Assembly: GCA_963662465.1 (NCBI GenBank)
Contig: OY759599.1
Span: 2,528,001-2,592,000, forward strand
Length of the DNA: 64,000 bases
Direction of reading: 5' to 3'
Origin: Desulfatiglandales bacterium
Lineage (GTDB): Bacteria > Desulfobacterota > DSM-4660 > Desulfatiglandales > Desulfatiglandaceae
Shown here: one piece after another, positions 51,832-61,385 of the stretch
Layout: each line of letters starts with the position of its first letter
Numbering within the stretch: the stretch's first letter is position 1
Made by a program: the position numbers and the translations under genes
The notes under the pieces: generated by a model
Seen by the model: only the letters and a program-made list of their open reading frames with translations
Told to the model about the DNA's origin: nothing
Database searches by the model: none

Positions 51832-52902
51832 TCAAGAATTTGCCTTTCCCTTGAGTCGATACACATATGCCAGAACTTCCGCCACGGCACGATAAAGGTC
51901 TGACGGTACAAAGTCGCCGACCTCCACGGCCTTAAAAAGCGTCTGGGCCAAAGGCTTGTTTTCCACAATGGGAATATGATGCTCCACAGCCGCGGCCCGT
52001 ATCTTTTCGGCAACCAATCCTGCCCCCTTGGCAACGATTTGCGGCGCAAACATCTCCTCTGAATTGTATTTGACGGCAATTGCCAGATGGGTAGGGTTGG
52101 TAATCACCACATCCGCATCGGGGATGGCCGTCATCATTCGGCGCCTGGCCATTTCCATTTGCAACTGGCGAATACGGCTTTTAACTTTGGGATCCCCTTC
52201 GCTTTGCTTATGCTCATCTTTCACTTCCTGTTTGCTCATCATCAAATCTTTGTTATGCTGCCATCGTTGGTAAGTAAAATCGATGGCGGCAAGGACCATC
52301 AGACCCAGGCTGACATAAAACATCACCTTTAACGCCACGACGCCGATAAAAGACAGGATCTGCCCCACACCCATGTCGATCAAGGATGGGATGGCATCCA
52401 GCTCGCCCTTCAGGACCAGCCACGATATACCCCCGATATAGCTGATTTTCAACAGGGACTTGATCAGCTCGGTCAAAGACCTCAAAGAAACGAATTTCTT
52501 CATGCCGGTTATGGGATTGAATTTGCTGAATTTTGGACTGAAAGGCTCAAGGGTAAACAGAAAACCCACCTGAATCAAATTGGCGCCGATCCCGACTACC
52601 ACAATCACCAGCATAAAAGGCATCATCACCAGAATAAACTGGGTAAAAATCTCCAGCAGAAAGGCTCTCACGGAAGCCCCCTGCATTTCCAGGGTTCCAA
52701 GATTTTGAAAAACACCCTGCATGAGTTCCGTAAGAGAGCTGAACATCCACGGTCCGACAAAAAGAAGTGCCCCCGAGGCAAACAAAAGGATCAGCGCGGA
52801 AGAGACTTCCTGGCTCTTCGGCACCTGCCCCTTCTCTCTGGCCTTATCCAGCTTCTTGCCGGTGGGTTGCTCAGTCTTTTCCTCGTCGCTCTTACCGGCC
52901 AT
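51832..52902 (-). CDS. flhB: Export switch protein
   Basis: KTE.PT; EGDP; NPTH autocleavage site. Confidence 0.97.
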   Translation of the reverse strand: MAGKSDEEKTEQPTGKKLDKAREKGQVPKSQEVSSALILLFASGALLFVGPWMFSSLTELMQGVFQNLGTLEMQGASVRAFLLEIFTQFILVMMPFMLVIVVVGIGANLIQVGFLFTLEPFSPKFSKFNPITGMKKFVSLRSLTELIKSLLKISYIGGISWLVLKGELDAIPSLIDMGVGQILSFIGVVALKVMFYVSLGLMVLAAIDFTYQRWQHNKDLMMSKQEVKDEHKQSEGDPKVKSRIRQLQMEMARRRMMTAIPDADVVITNPTHLAIAVKYNSEEMFAPQIVAKGAGLVAEKIRAAAVEHHIPIVENKPLAQTLFKAVEVGDFVPSDLYRAVAEVLAYVYRLKGKANS

Positions 52903-52912
52903 CTAGTTCACC

Positions 52913-52965
52913 TGAAAATGCAGCTGTTAGCTGTTAGCCGTTAGCTGTTAGGTGTTAGCTTAAAA
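52913..52965 (-). repeat. Heptamer (AGCTAAC) array element
   Basis: Inverted near-copy of 19359-19404 with one more unit. Confidence 0.85.
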
Positions 52966-53742
52966 TCACATGACGCTTAAAAGTCTCAAAATCCGATGCC
53001 CCAGCCCACCCATGACAGCAACCAAAAAAGAACTCATATAGGGGAGGGCAAACGCCATGAACAAAAAACCGACGATGATTTTTAACGGCGCCGCCACAAA
53101 GAAAATGTTCATTTGCGGAACGGTTCTGGCCGCCAACCCAAAAGCCACACTCATCAACAGCAAAACGGCGATGAGCGGCGCCCCCAACTTGATGGCGACG
53201 ACAAACAGGTCCCCCGCGAAGCCGATCGTCTGGTCCATCACGGAACTGCCGAAATGAAAGTCAAAGGGGGGAACAATTTGAAAGCTTTCCACCAGGGCTC
53301 TCAAAAATAAATGGTGGGCATTTGTCGCCAGAAATATCAGCATCGCAATCAGGTTATTCAAGTGTCCCAGGAGCGGCATCTGTTCACTTGTGGTGGGATC
53401 CATGACGTTTGCCATGGCCAAACCCATCTGATAACCGGCCAGTTCCCCCGCCAACACCACCCCGGCAAACAACGTCTTCACGCAGAGTCCGATGATCAAC
53501 CCAATCAGCACCTCACTGATGACGCCGATGGCAAAGGGCAGCAATCCCGGCTGAAAGGGGACGGCATCCAGATTCAGGATCGGAAAGAGAACCAGGCTGA
53601 TGGCAAATGCAAGCCCGGCCTTAAACAAAATGGGAATTGTTTCGCTATCAAAAACGGGCGCTGTCAGCAAAATGGCGCAGACCCGCAAAAAAATAAAAAA
53701 AACCATCTGCAGTTGGGGCAGGGAAAAAGTAAGGGATGTCAT
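52966..53742 (-). CDS. fliR: FliR
   Basis: AGE...QMGL..A..MDP; RTVPQMNIF. Confidence 0.95.
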   Translation of the reverse strand: MTSLTFSLPQLQMVFFIFLRVCAILLTAPVFDSETIPILFKAGLAFAISLVLFPILNLDAVPFQPGLLPFAIGVISEVLIGLIIGLCVKTLFAGVVLAGELAGYQMGLAMANVMDPTTSEQMPLLGHLNNLIAMLIFLATNAHHLFLRALVESFQIVPPFDFHFGSSVMDQTIGFAGDLFVVAIKLGAPLIAVLLLMSVAFGLAARTVPQMNIFFVAAPLKIIVGFLFMAFALPYMSSFLVAVMGGLGHRILRLLSVM

Positions 53743-54008
53743 TTTGCGTAAAGGGGAATGTTGGTAAACACCCCTTGTGTAAAATCAACGATCATTTGAA
53801 GCATCCAGGGGAAAAAAATCAGCAATGCCAGACCCACCGCCAGCATTTTAGGGATAAACACCAACGTCATCTCGTTAATCTGAGTCGCAGCCTGAAACAT
53901 GCTTACGATTAATCCGACCAGCAATCCCGCCAGCAACATAGGCGCTGCCAGTAAAATGGCCATCTTGAGGGCCTCCATAAAAAAACTAGTCACAAAATCA
54001 GGCGTCAT
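53739..54008 (-). CDS. fliQ: FliQ
   Basis: FQAATQINEMTL.FIPK. Confidence 0.96.
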   Translation of the reverse strand: MTPDFVTSFFMEALKMAILLAAPMLLAGLLVGLIVSMFQAATQINEMTLVFIPKMLAVGLALLIFFPWMLQMIVDFTQGVFTNIPLYAK

Positions 54009-54023
54009 TTCGACATCTCCTCA

Positions 54024-54821
54024 TTATCCAAAGCTTTTAACCAGCGAACCAACAATTAAATACCAGCCATCGGCCAAAACGAACAACATCAATTTGAATG
54101 GGAGCGAAATCATAACGGGGGGCAGCATCATCATCCCCATGGAAAGAAGCACGCTCGCAACCACCATGTCGACAATCAAAAAGGGAACATAGAGCAGCAT
54201 GCCGATCTGAAATGCCGTCTTCAGCTCACTGATCACAAAAGAGGGGATAATGACCGTAATGGGAACATCATCGATGTTTTTCGGCCGTTTCAACTTGGCG
54301 ATACTGACGAACAGCGCCAGATCTTTTTCCCGGGTCTGCTTGATCATAAATGCTCTGATGGGTTTGGCGGCGATTTCAAAGGCCTGTTCATTGGTGATTT
54401 TTTTATCAAAATAGGGTTTTAGCGCATCCTCATAAACCGCCTGCCAGACAGGGGTCATGATAAAGATGGTCAAAAACAGGCTCAAACCGATGATGATCTG
54501 GTTCGGAGGGCTCTGCATGGTTCCCAGAGCCTTTCGAAGCAAGGAAAGTACAATGACGATCCGGGTAAAAGACGTGAGCATAATGAGGATGGCCGGCGCC
54601 AGGGAAAGGACCGTCATCAGGAGGAAAATCTGTAAAACGACGGCCACTTCTCCCGGGCTGTCCGCCTTATCCAGACCGATGCTGATAAAAGGCGGCGCTC
54701 CGGCGGGCTGCGCCGCCATACACGTCGCTTCGATGCAACCAACTAAAATCAACAGGGTCACAATTAGGACAAAAAAGCGCTTAAAACCTCTTATCACGGG
54801 TTTGCTCCCAGCAGGTTGCAC
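54024..54821 (-). CDS. fliP: FliP
   Basis: TSFTRI; PPNQ; MGMMMLPP..ISLPFK. Confidence 0.97.
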   Translation of the reverse strand: MQPAGSKPVIRGFKRFFVLIVTLLILVGCIEATCMAAQPAGAPPFISIGLDKADSPGEVAVVLQIFLLMTVLSLAPAILIMLTSFTRIVIVLSLLRKALGTMQSPPNQIIIGLSLFLTIFIMTPVWQAVYEDALKPYFDKKITNEQAFEIAAKPIRAFMIKQTREKDLALFVSIAKLKRPKNIDDVPITVIIPSFVISELKTAFQIGMLLYVPFLIVDMVVASVLLSMGMMMLPPVMISLPFKLMLFVLADGWYLIVGSLVKSFG

Positions 54822-54830
54822 AAGGCAGGG

Positions 54831-55211
54831 TCACCGTTCATCAGCGCCCTTTTTGGTTTTTGTCGTCAGATGCCTCAACTGATCCAGAAACGACCCTGGC
54901 ATAAGCCGGTCATCCGGCGCCTTGAATTGATCCAAAATCTCTTGATCCTCTATTTTGGTCAAGAGACGAATATGATCGTTTGTAACCCCCAAAACCAAAA
55001 TAGCCCCCGGAACCCCAACCATCGTAATGGTTTTCTTAACGCCCACGTGGGCATGGCCCAACACCCTGATCATTCCTCCCGAAAATTGGCCGCCGGTCCT
55101 TCCCATCATCCGTTTTGAGATGTAGCGTACTGCCAGCAGAAAGACCAACAGAACGGCCAAAGCGGCAAACATTTTCATGGCGCTTGAAATGAGGTCGGGG
55201 GAATAGTTCAT
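54831..55211 (-). CDS. fliO: FliO
   Basis: TM + IRVL...VG.KK...LVLGVT; position between fliN and fliP. Confidence 0.88.
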   Translation of the reverse strand: MNYSPDLISSAMKMFAALAVLLVFLLAVRYISKRMMGRTGGQFSGGMIRVLGHAHVGVKKTITMVGVPGAILVLGVTNDHIRLLTKIEDQEILDQFKAPDDRLMPGSFLDQLRHLTTKTKKGADER

Positions 55212-55531
55212 TTCAGTTTCTCGATTCGCTCTATGGGGCTCACGATTTCAGTGATCCGAATGGCATACCGATCCTTCACCACCACAACTTCTCCCCTGGC
55301 CACCAATTTTTGATTTGCTAACAGATCCATGGTCTGTCCGGCAAATTTGGTCAATTCCACAACCGATCCCTGGGCCAATTGCAGCAGGTCGTTGATCAGC
55401 ATTCGGGTTCGGCCCAGTTCAACGGTGACCTCCAGGGGAATATCCAGAATAAAATCCAGATCGCTTGCCGCATGGGCGGCCTGCCCTCTTCCAGCATCGG
55501 AACCGGGTGTTTTTTTTCCGTTTTGACTCAT
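55208..55531 (-). CDS. fliN: Motor switch FliN
   Basis: DIPLEVTVELGR; ARGEVVVV; start MSQNG after GAGG. Confidence 0.95.
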   Translation of the reverse strand: MSQNGKKTPGSDAGRGQAAHAASDLDFILDIPLEVTVELGRTRMLINDLLQLAQGSVVELTKFAGQTMDLLANQKLVARGEVVVVKDRYAIRITEIVSPIERIEKLK

Positions 55532-55576
55532 AACCACGCCTCTCATTTTGAAATAAATCCGTTTTTTACTTAAAAA

Positions 55577-57503
55577 GTGGGTAGAATGACTCTGTCGCCA
55601 GAGCCAAGCCCCCGTTACCACCGGACAGGCAGTTTTCCCGCATCCGGCGGTCCCGTGAATTACCCCATCCGGGGAGCTTCAAACAGCAGCAATTGACCAT
55701 GCCACCTTGGCCGGATAATGCTTCGCATTGACACCAATCCCTTTTGGGCCAGTTCGTTGTTAGACGGATGCCCTTCAGTGGTACGCCAACGCTTGTGTAT
55801 ATAAGCACGCAAGCGCTTTCTTACCCATCTATCCAGCCTTGTGAGCAGTCCTACATTGCGGCCTCTTTTGTGATAGTTGCCCCACCCTCTCAAAATCGGA
55901 TTGAGCCTTTCTATCAGTAATTCCACAGGTAGATCACCTTGTTGCCGTCGGGTTACCTCCCGCACCTTACGGTACAGGCCTTTGAGCGATTTGGTCCCGA
56001 CCTTCATCCCACGCGTATTGAAATGGAATCCAAGAAAATCAAATCCTTCGGAAAATGACCGCACGCAGGTCTTTTCATCGTTAAGCTCCAGCTTGAGCTC
56101 GCTGAGTACCTGGCGTACATAGACAAGTATTTGGTCTGCTTGCTCGCGCCCGTGGCAGAAAATTACCACGTCATCGGCATATCGGACAAATGGATGTCCT
56201 TTTGCCGCCAACGCATTATCCAGCACTGTGAGGTAAATGTTACTCAGTAAAGGACTGATTACCCCACCCTGCGGTGTGCCGGAGACCTGAAAGCGTATAT
56301 TGCCCTCCTCCATTACTCCAGCCGTCAGCCAGCCGCGTATCAGGCCCAGGACCCGTCGATCCTTCACCACCTTGCCGACCAACTTCATCAGGATTTCATG
56401 ATCCACATGGTCAAAGAAACCTCTGATGTCAAGATCTACCACATAGCCATATCCTTTGCCTCTCAACTCCTGAACCTGGACGGCAGCAGTATGTGTACTG
56501 CGCCCCGGACGGAAACCATAGCTGTTTGGGTGGAAGTATTCTTCAAACACAGGGCTCAGCTGCGCATGCACAGCTTGCTGACACACGCGATCCACTACCA
56601 CCGGAATACCCAGTGGGCGCTTCTTCCGGCTGCCAGGCTTGTCAATGTAAGTCCGCTTGACCGCCTTGCTCCGATAGGTGTCGTTCATCAGTCTGTGCCG
56701 TAAAGTGCTCAGGTGTTCCTTAAGTTTGCCTCTCCATGCCTTCACATCCATGCCGTCAACACCGGCACTGCCTCGGTTGGCAATTACCTTGGCCGATGCC
56801 TTTTCCAGGTTGACCCAGTTGTAAACTTTGTCTATGACACTGTGTAAAATCTTAGCCAATTGATACCATCCTACACCAGATAGGTCTGTATACCACGGCG
56901 GTACTGTCTGCCAGTTCCGGGCCGTTTTCGCTTGGAACGTACCCCTGCCCGCGCAATATCCCTTTACCTACCTTTCACGGTGTCGTCCTTCGGCACAGGT
57001 TGACCCTATGTGCCTAATATGACGGCGCTGACTTCTCATGGTCGCATCAGGTTCCCAGTTCCCTACTCGCATTCTGCGAGACTTCCACAAGATCTCACCC
57101 GGTCACCCCAGTTCTCTATTCTGCTCCTCTCCAAACCTAATCACTTATAACCGTTTCCAGCAAGGCTATCCGCAATATGCCTCGACTTTGATCCCGTCTT
57201 TTCCCCCAACGGGCCGGACTACAGGCTTTAAGGTACCCTCGTCCCACGGCCACGCCACCTCGGTCTAATCAAATGCCGGCCGTCGCTTAGGCATCTGAAA
57301 TCGGATCTGAGCATCGGTCTCAAGCCCTTCTCCCACCCGCCTTACGGCGTAGTGAGTCACTTACCTCCGGCGTTCCCGTTCGATGGGCACGACGGAAACT
57401 TTGCCTCCGGAGAGATAATCCTAATGTTGACCTTATGCCATTTTGCGGTACAGCATAGACAGACTATCACTGTCACTTAGAAAACTGGGGCTGCAGGTCG
57501 CCC
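55577..57503 (-). mobile_element. Group II intron (~1927 nt) inserted between fliM and fliN
   Basis: Putative 5' end GGGCG at 57503; domain V at 55617-55651 (CGC triad); domain VI ending CTACCCAC at 55577; encodes RT/maturase. Confidence 0.88.
55660..56859 (-). CDS. ltrA: Group II intron reverse transcriptase/maturase without endonuclease domain
   Basis: RPLGIP..DR..Q, SYGFRPGRS, GTPQGGVISPLL.NIYL, RYADD, X domain LNP.LRGW.NY. Confidence 0.95.
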   Translation of the reverse strand: MAKILHSVIDKVYNWVNLEKASAKVIANRGSAGVDGMDVKAWRGKLKEHLSTLRHRLMNDTYRSKAVKRTYIDKPGSRKKRPLGIPVVVDRVCQQAVHAQLSPVFEEYFHPNSYGFRPGRSTHTAAVQVQELRGKGYGYVVDLDIRGFFDHVDHEILMKLVGKVVKDRRVLGLIRGWLTAGVMEEGNIRFQVSGTPQGGVISPLLSNIYLTVLDNALAAKGHPFVRYADDVVIFCHGREQADQILVYVRQVLSELKLELNDEKTCVRSFSEGFDFLGFHFNTRGMKVGTKSLKGLYRKVREVTRRQQGDLPVELLIERLNPILRGWGNYHKRGRNVGLLTRLDRWVRKRLRAYIHKRWRTTEGHPSNNELAQKGLVSMRSIIRPRWHGQLLLFEAPRMG

Positions 57504-57512
57504 CTTAAAACC

Positions 57513-57541
57513 GTTCCTGAACGAAATTTTTGTTCAGGCAC
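57513..57541. repeat. Hairpin after the fliM stop, both arms resembling the ISNCY terminal IR
   Basis: GTTCCTGAACGAAA-TTTTTGTTCAGGCAC. Confidence 0.6.
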
Positions 57542-58536
57542 TAGTTATTTTGAGGGCTGAGAATGGGCGCTTCGATGCGGACAGCCCTGTTGCCCCCCAC
57601 AACACCCGCAAAACCGAAAAATTTCGGTACATTTTCCACCAATACCGGAATTGCATCGGGTGGACCCGTATCCAGAAGAATCAGATCTCCCTCCTGAATA
57701 TTGAGGATATCGCCCACACTCTGCGTGACGCTGCCGATCTTGGCGGTGACGGTAACGAGGGTATCATTCAATATTTCCTGTAATTTTGCGTTCCATACGT
57801 TTTCCAGCTCCGAATCCCTCAAATTTTTGTACGACAGTTTTTCCCTGATCGGCTCCAGCAACAGATAAGGAATGCATAACCACATTTTTGCGTTAAACCC
57901 CTCCATGGAAATGGTAAAGAGAACCACCACAACAGTATCGCCGGGCGCAACCAAACGAATGAATTGATGTTTGGTTTCGCTCTTTCCAATGGATATTTCC
58001 AAGGCTTCAACAAAAGCCCACGCCCTTTCCAACTCCTTGAGTATATCAATGGAAAATTTTCTCATGACGCGCTGTTCAATCATCGTAAAATCCCGCTCCT
58101 GCTTAATGGGCGATGTTCCGGTTCCACCGAACATGCAATCGATCAGGAAAAATACAAGTCGCGATTCCATGGCCAGAAGGCCTGAACCGATCAGCGGGTC
58201 CATGCGAAACGTATGAAAGCTTGTGGGATTTTGAAGCCCTTCCATGAATTCCCCGAATTTAACGGTTTCAGTGGCGGTCAATCCCGCGTCAATGGGAGTC
58301 CTCAGTGTTGTGGAAATGAGGTTCCGCAGAGAATTAGCGAACCGGTCATGAATTTCATCCAGAACATCAAAATGCTCCCGCATCATGATATTGGGACCTG
58401 TCAGATCATAGACCGGAAGATCATCCGTGGACGCAAGACTTTCCTCCACCTCGTCGCCTTCAAAATCAACATGACCATCGGCCATTGATGAGAGAAGCGC
58501 ATCCACCTCTTCCTGGGTTAATATCTGGTCAGCCAT
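57541..58536 (-). CDS. fliM: Motor switch FliM
   Basis: ILTQEEVDALL; YD; RDFT.IE; C.PY..LEPI. Confidence 0.96.
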   Translation of the reverse strand: MADQILTQEEVDALLSSMADGHVDFEGDEVEESLASTDDLPVYDLTGPNIMMREHFDVLDEIHDRFANSLRNLISTTLRTPIDAGLTATETVKFGEFMEGLQNPTSFHTFRMDPLIGSGLLAMESRLVFFLIDCMFGGTGTSPIKQERDFTMIEQRVMRKFSIDILKELERAWAFVEALEISIGKSETKHQFIRLVAPGDTVVVVLFTISMEGFNAKMWLCIPYLLLEPIREKLSYKNLRDSELENVWNAKLQEILNDTLVTVTAKIGSVTQSVGDILNIQEGDLILLDTGPPDAIPVLVENVPKFFGFAGVVGGNRAVRIEAPILSPQNN

Positions 58537-58551
58537 ACTTATAAGGGTTCC

Positions 58552-59028
58552 TTATTGAACGACAAATTCCTGAAAATAGAGATTGGTAATTCCGCCGTTT
58601 TGCAAAAGCGAATTCAATCCATCCATAATTTCATTTTTCAAAGCAGTTTTTCCCCCAAGATTTCTGACGTCATTAAAGGTTTTAGACGGCAAAATCATCA
58701 AAATCTTATCTCTCATCTGGGGAAGGTTTCCCTTAATCTCACCCTCGACCCGGCTTTCGCTCAATTCAAGCACCATGCCCACCCTTAAATAGCGTTTTCC
58801 GCCGGGATCGGCGAGGTTGACCACAAAAGTTTTTAAAGGATAGATAATTTTTTTCGCCACCGGTTGATCCGTCCGTTGACTTGAATGTTCCGTAGTCGTT
58901 TCAGTTGAAGCGACACTCCCGGAATTCGGATTCGAAATCTTCCCCCAAAGCACGAAAAAGGCCGTTCCCACCCCTATAACAATCGTGAGAAAAATAATCG
59001 CGATGATATACAGGCTCTTTTTTGACAT
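58552..59028 (-). CDS. fliL: FliL
   Basis: TM; FVVNLAD...RYL; YF.EFVVQ. Confidence 0.95.
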   Translation of the reverse strand: MSKKSLYIIAIIFLTIVIGVGTAFFVLWGKISNPNSGSVASTETTTEHSSQRTDQPVAKKIIYPLKTFVVNLADPGGKRYLRVGMVLELSESRVEGEIKGNLPQMRDKILMILPSKTFNDVRNLGGKTALKNEIMDGLNSLLQNGGITNLYFQEFVVQ

Positions 59029-59029
59029 A

Positions 59030-59743
59030 TTATTTCCCTTTTTCCTTCAGCAATACAATTTCCACTCGCCTGTTTTTAGCCCGATGCTCAGGGGTATCAT
59101 TGGGATTAATGGGCCTGGATTCCCCATATCCAACAGCCGACAACCTGCGCGGATACACGTCCATTCGGTTTGCCAGAAACTTCACAATGGTAACGGCACG
59201 CGCAGCAGACAACTCCCAGTTTGAAGGGAATGCCTGGGTTGTGATGGGCACATTATCCGTATGGCCTTCGATACAAACAGCGTTTGGAATCCGGCTGATC
59301 ACGCCGCCGATTTTTTGGAGCAAAGAAAAAGCGTCCGGATTAACCGTGGCGCTGCCTGAGTTAAAAAGAATGTTGCCTTCAATCCTGATGACAACGCCCC
59401 TTTCAGTGTTTTCCGAATCCACCCCCGGAAACGCATCAATTTCGGCAACCAATTCATGGACGGCTTCAGGAAAAGAGTCTGTCGGTTCCTCCTGAACGGA
59501 GATAATCGGAGGTCTAGTGGACTCAACCAGACCCACGCTCCCAACGCCTTTTTTTTCCAACGCGCCAAATCCCCGTATGATGGCAGACCGAAATTCCTTG
59601 ATCTTTACCATATCGCCACTGCTCATGGCAAAAATGAGGACAAAGAAAACCATCAACAATGTTATCAGGTCATTGAACGTCGTAAGCCATTGTGCGCCCG
59701 GCGGACGGCTGATGCTTCCCCGACGGCTGATCCTTTGCGCCAC
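59030..59743 (-). CDS. motB: Stator B subunit (Asp retained)
   Basis: WLTTFNDLITLL; EGHTD; SNWELS.ARA; NRRVEI. Confidence 0.93.
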   Translation of the reverse strand: MAQRISRRGSISRPPGAQWLTTFNDLITLLMVFFVLIFAMSSGDMVKIKEFRSAIIRGFGALEKKGVGSVGLVESTRPPIISVQEEPTDSFPEAVHELVAEIDAFPGVDSENTERGVVIRIEGNILFNSGSATVNPDAFSLLQKIGGVISRIPNAVCIEGHTDNVPITTQAFPSNWELSAARAVTIVKFLANRMDVYPRRLSAVGYGESRPINPNDTPEHRAKNRRVEIVLLKEKGK

Positions 59744-59758
59744 TGCGCCATCTCCTCA

Positions 59759-60499
59759 TCAGGTGTTTGGTCTTAATTTTGGAGAAAAAATAATCTCCAC
59801 CCGCCTGTTGTTGGCTCGATGTTCAGGGGTATCATTTGGAAATATGGGCTGAAACTCACCATATCCCGCAGCTGACAGCCTTTTTAAATCGCATTTTCCG
59901 GTTTCTATGAAATACCTCAAAACATTCACGGCCCGTGCCGTTGACAGTTCCCAGTTAGATGGGAATCCAGTGGTATGGATCGGCAGATTGTCCGCATGCC
60001 CTTCTATTCGAATATCATGGGGCGCCTTGGATAAAACACCGGCAATTTTGCTCAACAACGGCATGGCGCCCGGTGAAATTTCAGCAACCCCAAGGCCAAA
60101 CAGCGATGTATCCGACAATCGCATAATCAGGCCTTCATTCGAAAAGGAAAGGCGGATGTCTTTGTACAACCCAAGTTCATTTTTGATAGCCACCAGGCTT
60201 TCGAATATGGGACCCAGTCCTTCCCGGGTAGCCAAAATGTCCGATGAAGCGTCCGTCATATCTCCCTCGGATTGAAATCCGAATCCACCCTTGAGAATGT
60301 CAATGGAATCCGTAAATGATACCACGAACTTTTCAATTTTTGGCTTCTCAATAGTGGAAAAGGCACACAACATAATAAAAAAGCATAACATAATAAGAAT
60401 AAAACCCGAATAGACAATTTCCCATCCACCACCGGCGGCAGGCAATTCGCTTATCTGGGTATGGCGTTTTAAAACAGTCATGTTTCCCATGTTTCCCAT
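59759..60499 (-). CDS. motB: Stator B subunit paralogue lacking the TM Asp
   Basis: WEIVYSGFILIMLCFF; OmpA-like domain EGHAD, SNWELS, NRRVEI. Confidence 0.85.
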   Translation of the reverse strand: MGNMGNMTVLKRHTQISELPAAGGGWEIVYSGFILIMLCFFIMLCAFSTIEKPKIEKFVVSFTDSIDILKGGFGFQSEGDMTDASSDILATREGLGPIFESLVAIKNELGLYKDIRLSFSNEGLIMRLSDTSLFGLGVAEISPGAMPLLSKIAGVLSKAPHDIRIEGHADNLPIHTTGFPSNWELSTARAVNVLRYFIETGKCDLKRLSAAGYGEFQPIFPNDTPEHRANNRRVEIIFSPKLRPNT

Positions 60500-60567
60500 G
60501 TTTCAACCCCTTTTCCAGCAATTAGAATGGGTGCCCCATCTGCAATGATGATTGCATTTGGAAAGCC

Positions 60568-61332
60568 CTATGGTTCTTCAACCGCCCTTTTCTTTTGGGG
60601 CAGAAAGGCTTTGAGCTTCTGTTCGATGATTCGGTGGCTTTCCCCCGACTGAATGGCCATGAGACCTTCCACCACCAGCTCCTTGATCAGGATTTCCTGT
60701 TTGCTCCGTGTCTTGAGTTTTGCGGCAATGGGCATGAGCAGAAGGTTCGCAAGGACCGTTCCATAGAAAGTCGTCAGAAGCGCTACAGCCATGGGAGCGC
60801 CGATCTTACTGGGATCTTCCATCTGCATCAACATCTGAACCAATCCGATGATGGTCCCCATCATCCCCACAGCCGGCGCGTAAGCCGCCATGGTGGTAAA
60901 TATTTCGGCGCCCAGGGAATGCCGCTCTTCCACATAAAGGATCTCCGTGGTCAACACTTCTTTGATGGAAGTTGATTCCATGCCGTCAATGGCCAGGGAC
61001 AACCCTTTAAAAAAAAAGGGGTCGTCAATTTCCTTCATCCTGGACTCAAAGGCCAGTATCCCCTCCCGCCTGGCCAGTTGTCCAAACTCAACCATTTTTT
61101 CTATAATTTCCAAGGCCGGCCGGGTTCTGTGAAAAAATACATTTTTCACCACCTTGAACACACCAAGCACCTGTGTGAGGGGATAGCTGAGAAGCGTTGC
61201 GCCGAGAGTCCCCCCAACAACAATCATGATGGACGGCACACTAATAAACCATGCCGGCGATCCTCCCAAGACAATGGCGCCCATGACAAGCGCCCCGGCC
61301 ATGAGAATCCCAACAACTGTAGCAATATCCAT
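60568..61332 (-). CDS. motA: Stator A subunit (PomA/MotP-like)
   Basis: ARREGIL..E; APA.GM.GT.IGL; MAVALLTTFYG. Confidence 0.95.
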   Translation of the reverse strand: MDIATVVGILMAGALVMGAIVLGGSPAWFISVPSIMIVVGGTLGATLLSYPLTQVLGVFKVVKNVFFHRTRPALEIIEKMVEFGQLARREGILAFESRMKEIDDPFFFKGLSLAIDGMESTSIKEVLTTEILYVEERHSLGAEIFTTMAAYAPAVGMMGTIIGLVQMLMQMEDPSKIGAPMAVALLTTFYGTVLANLLLMPIAAKLKTRSKQEILIKELVVEGLMAIQSGESHRIIEQKLKAFLPQKKRAVEEP

Positions 61333-61369
61333 TTTTAACCTCCATCAGTTCCAAACGGCACTTTAACAA

Positions 61370-61385
61370 AGCAAACATTGTGCCA
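61370..61385 (-). promoter_or_regulatory. Sigma-54 promoter of the motA-fli operon
   Basis: TGGCAC-AATGT-TTGCT. Confidence 0.88.

Noticed and set aside
55660..56859. RT as a DGR, retron or CRISPR-associated RT
   Set aside because: It has YADD, a maturase X domain and flanking domain V/VI structure; no TR/VR pair, msr-msd or cas genes were seen
60479..60504. MGNMGNM 9-bp repeat at the motB start as a phase-variation switch
   Set aside because: In-frame unit; copy change would not shift the frame
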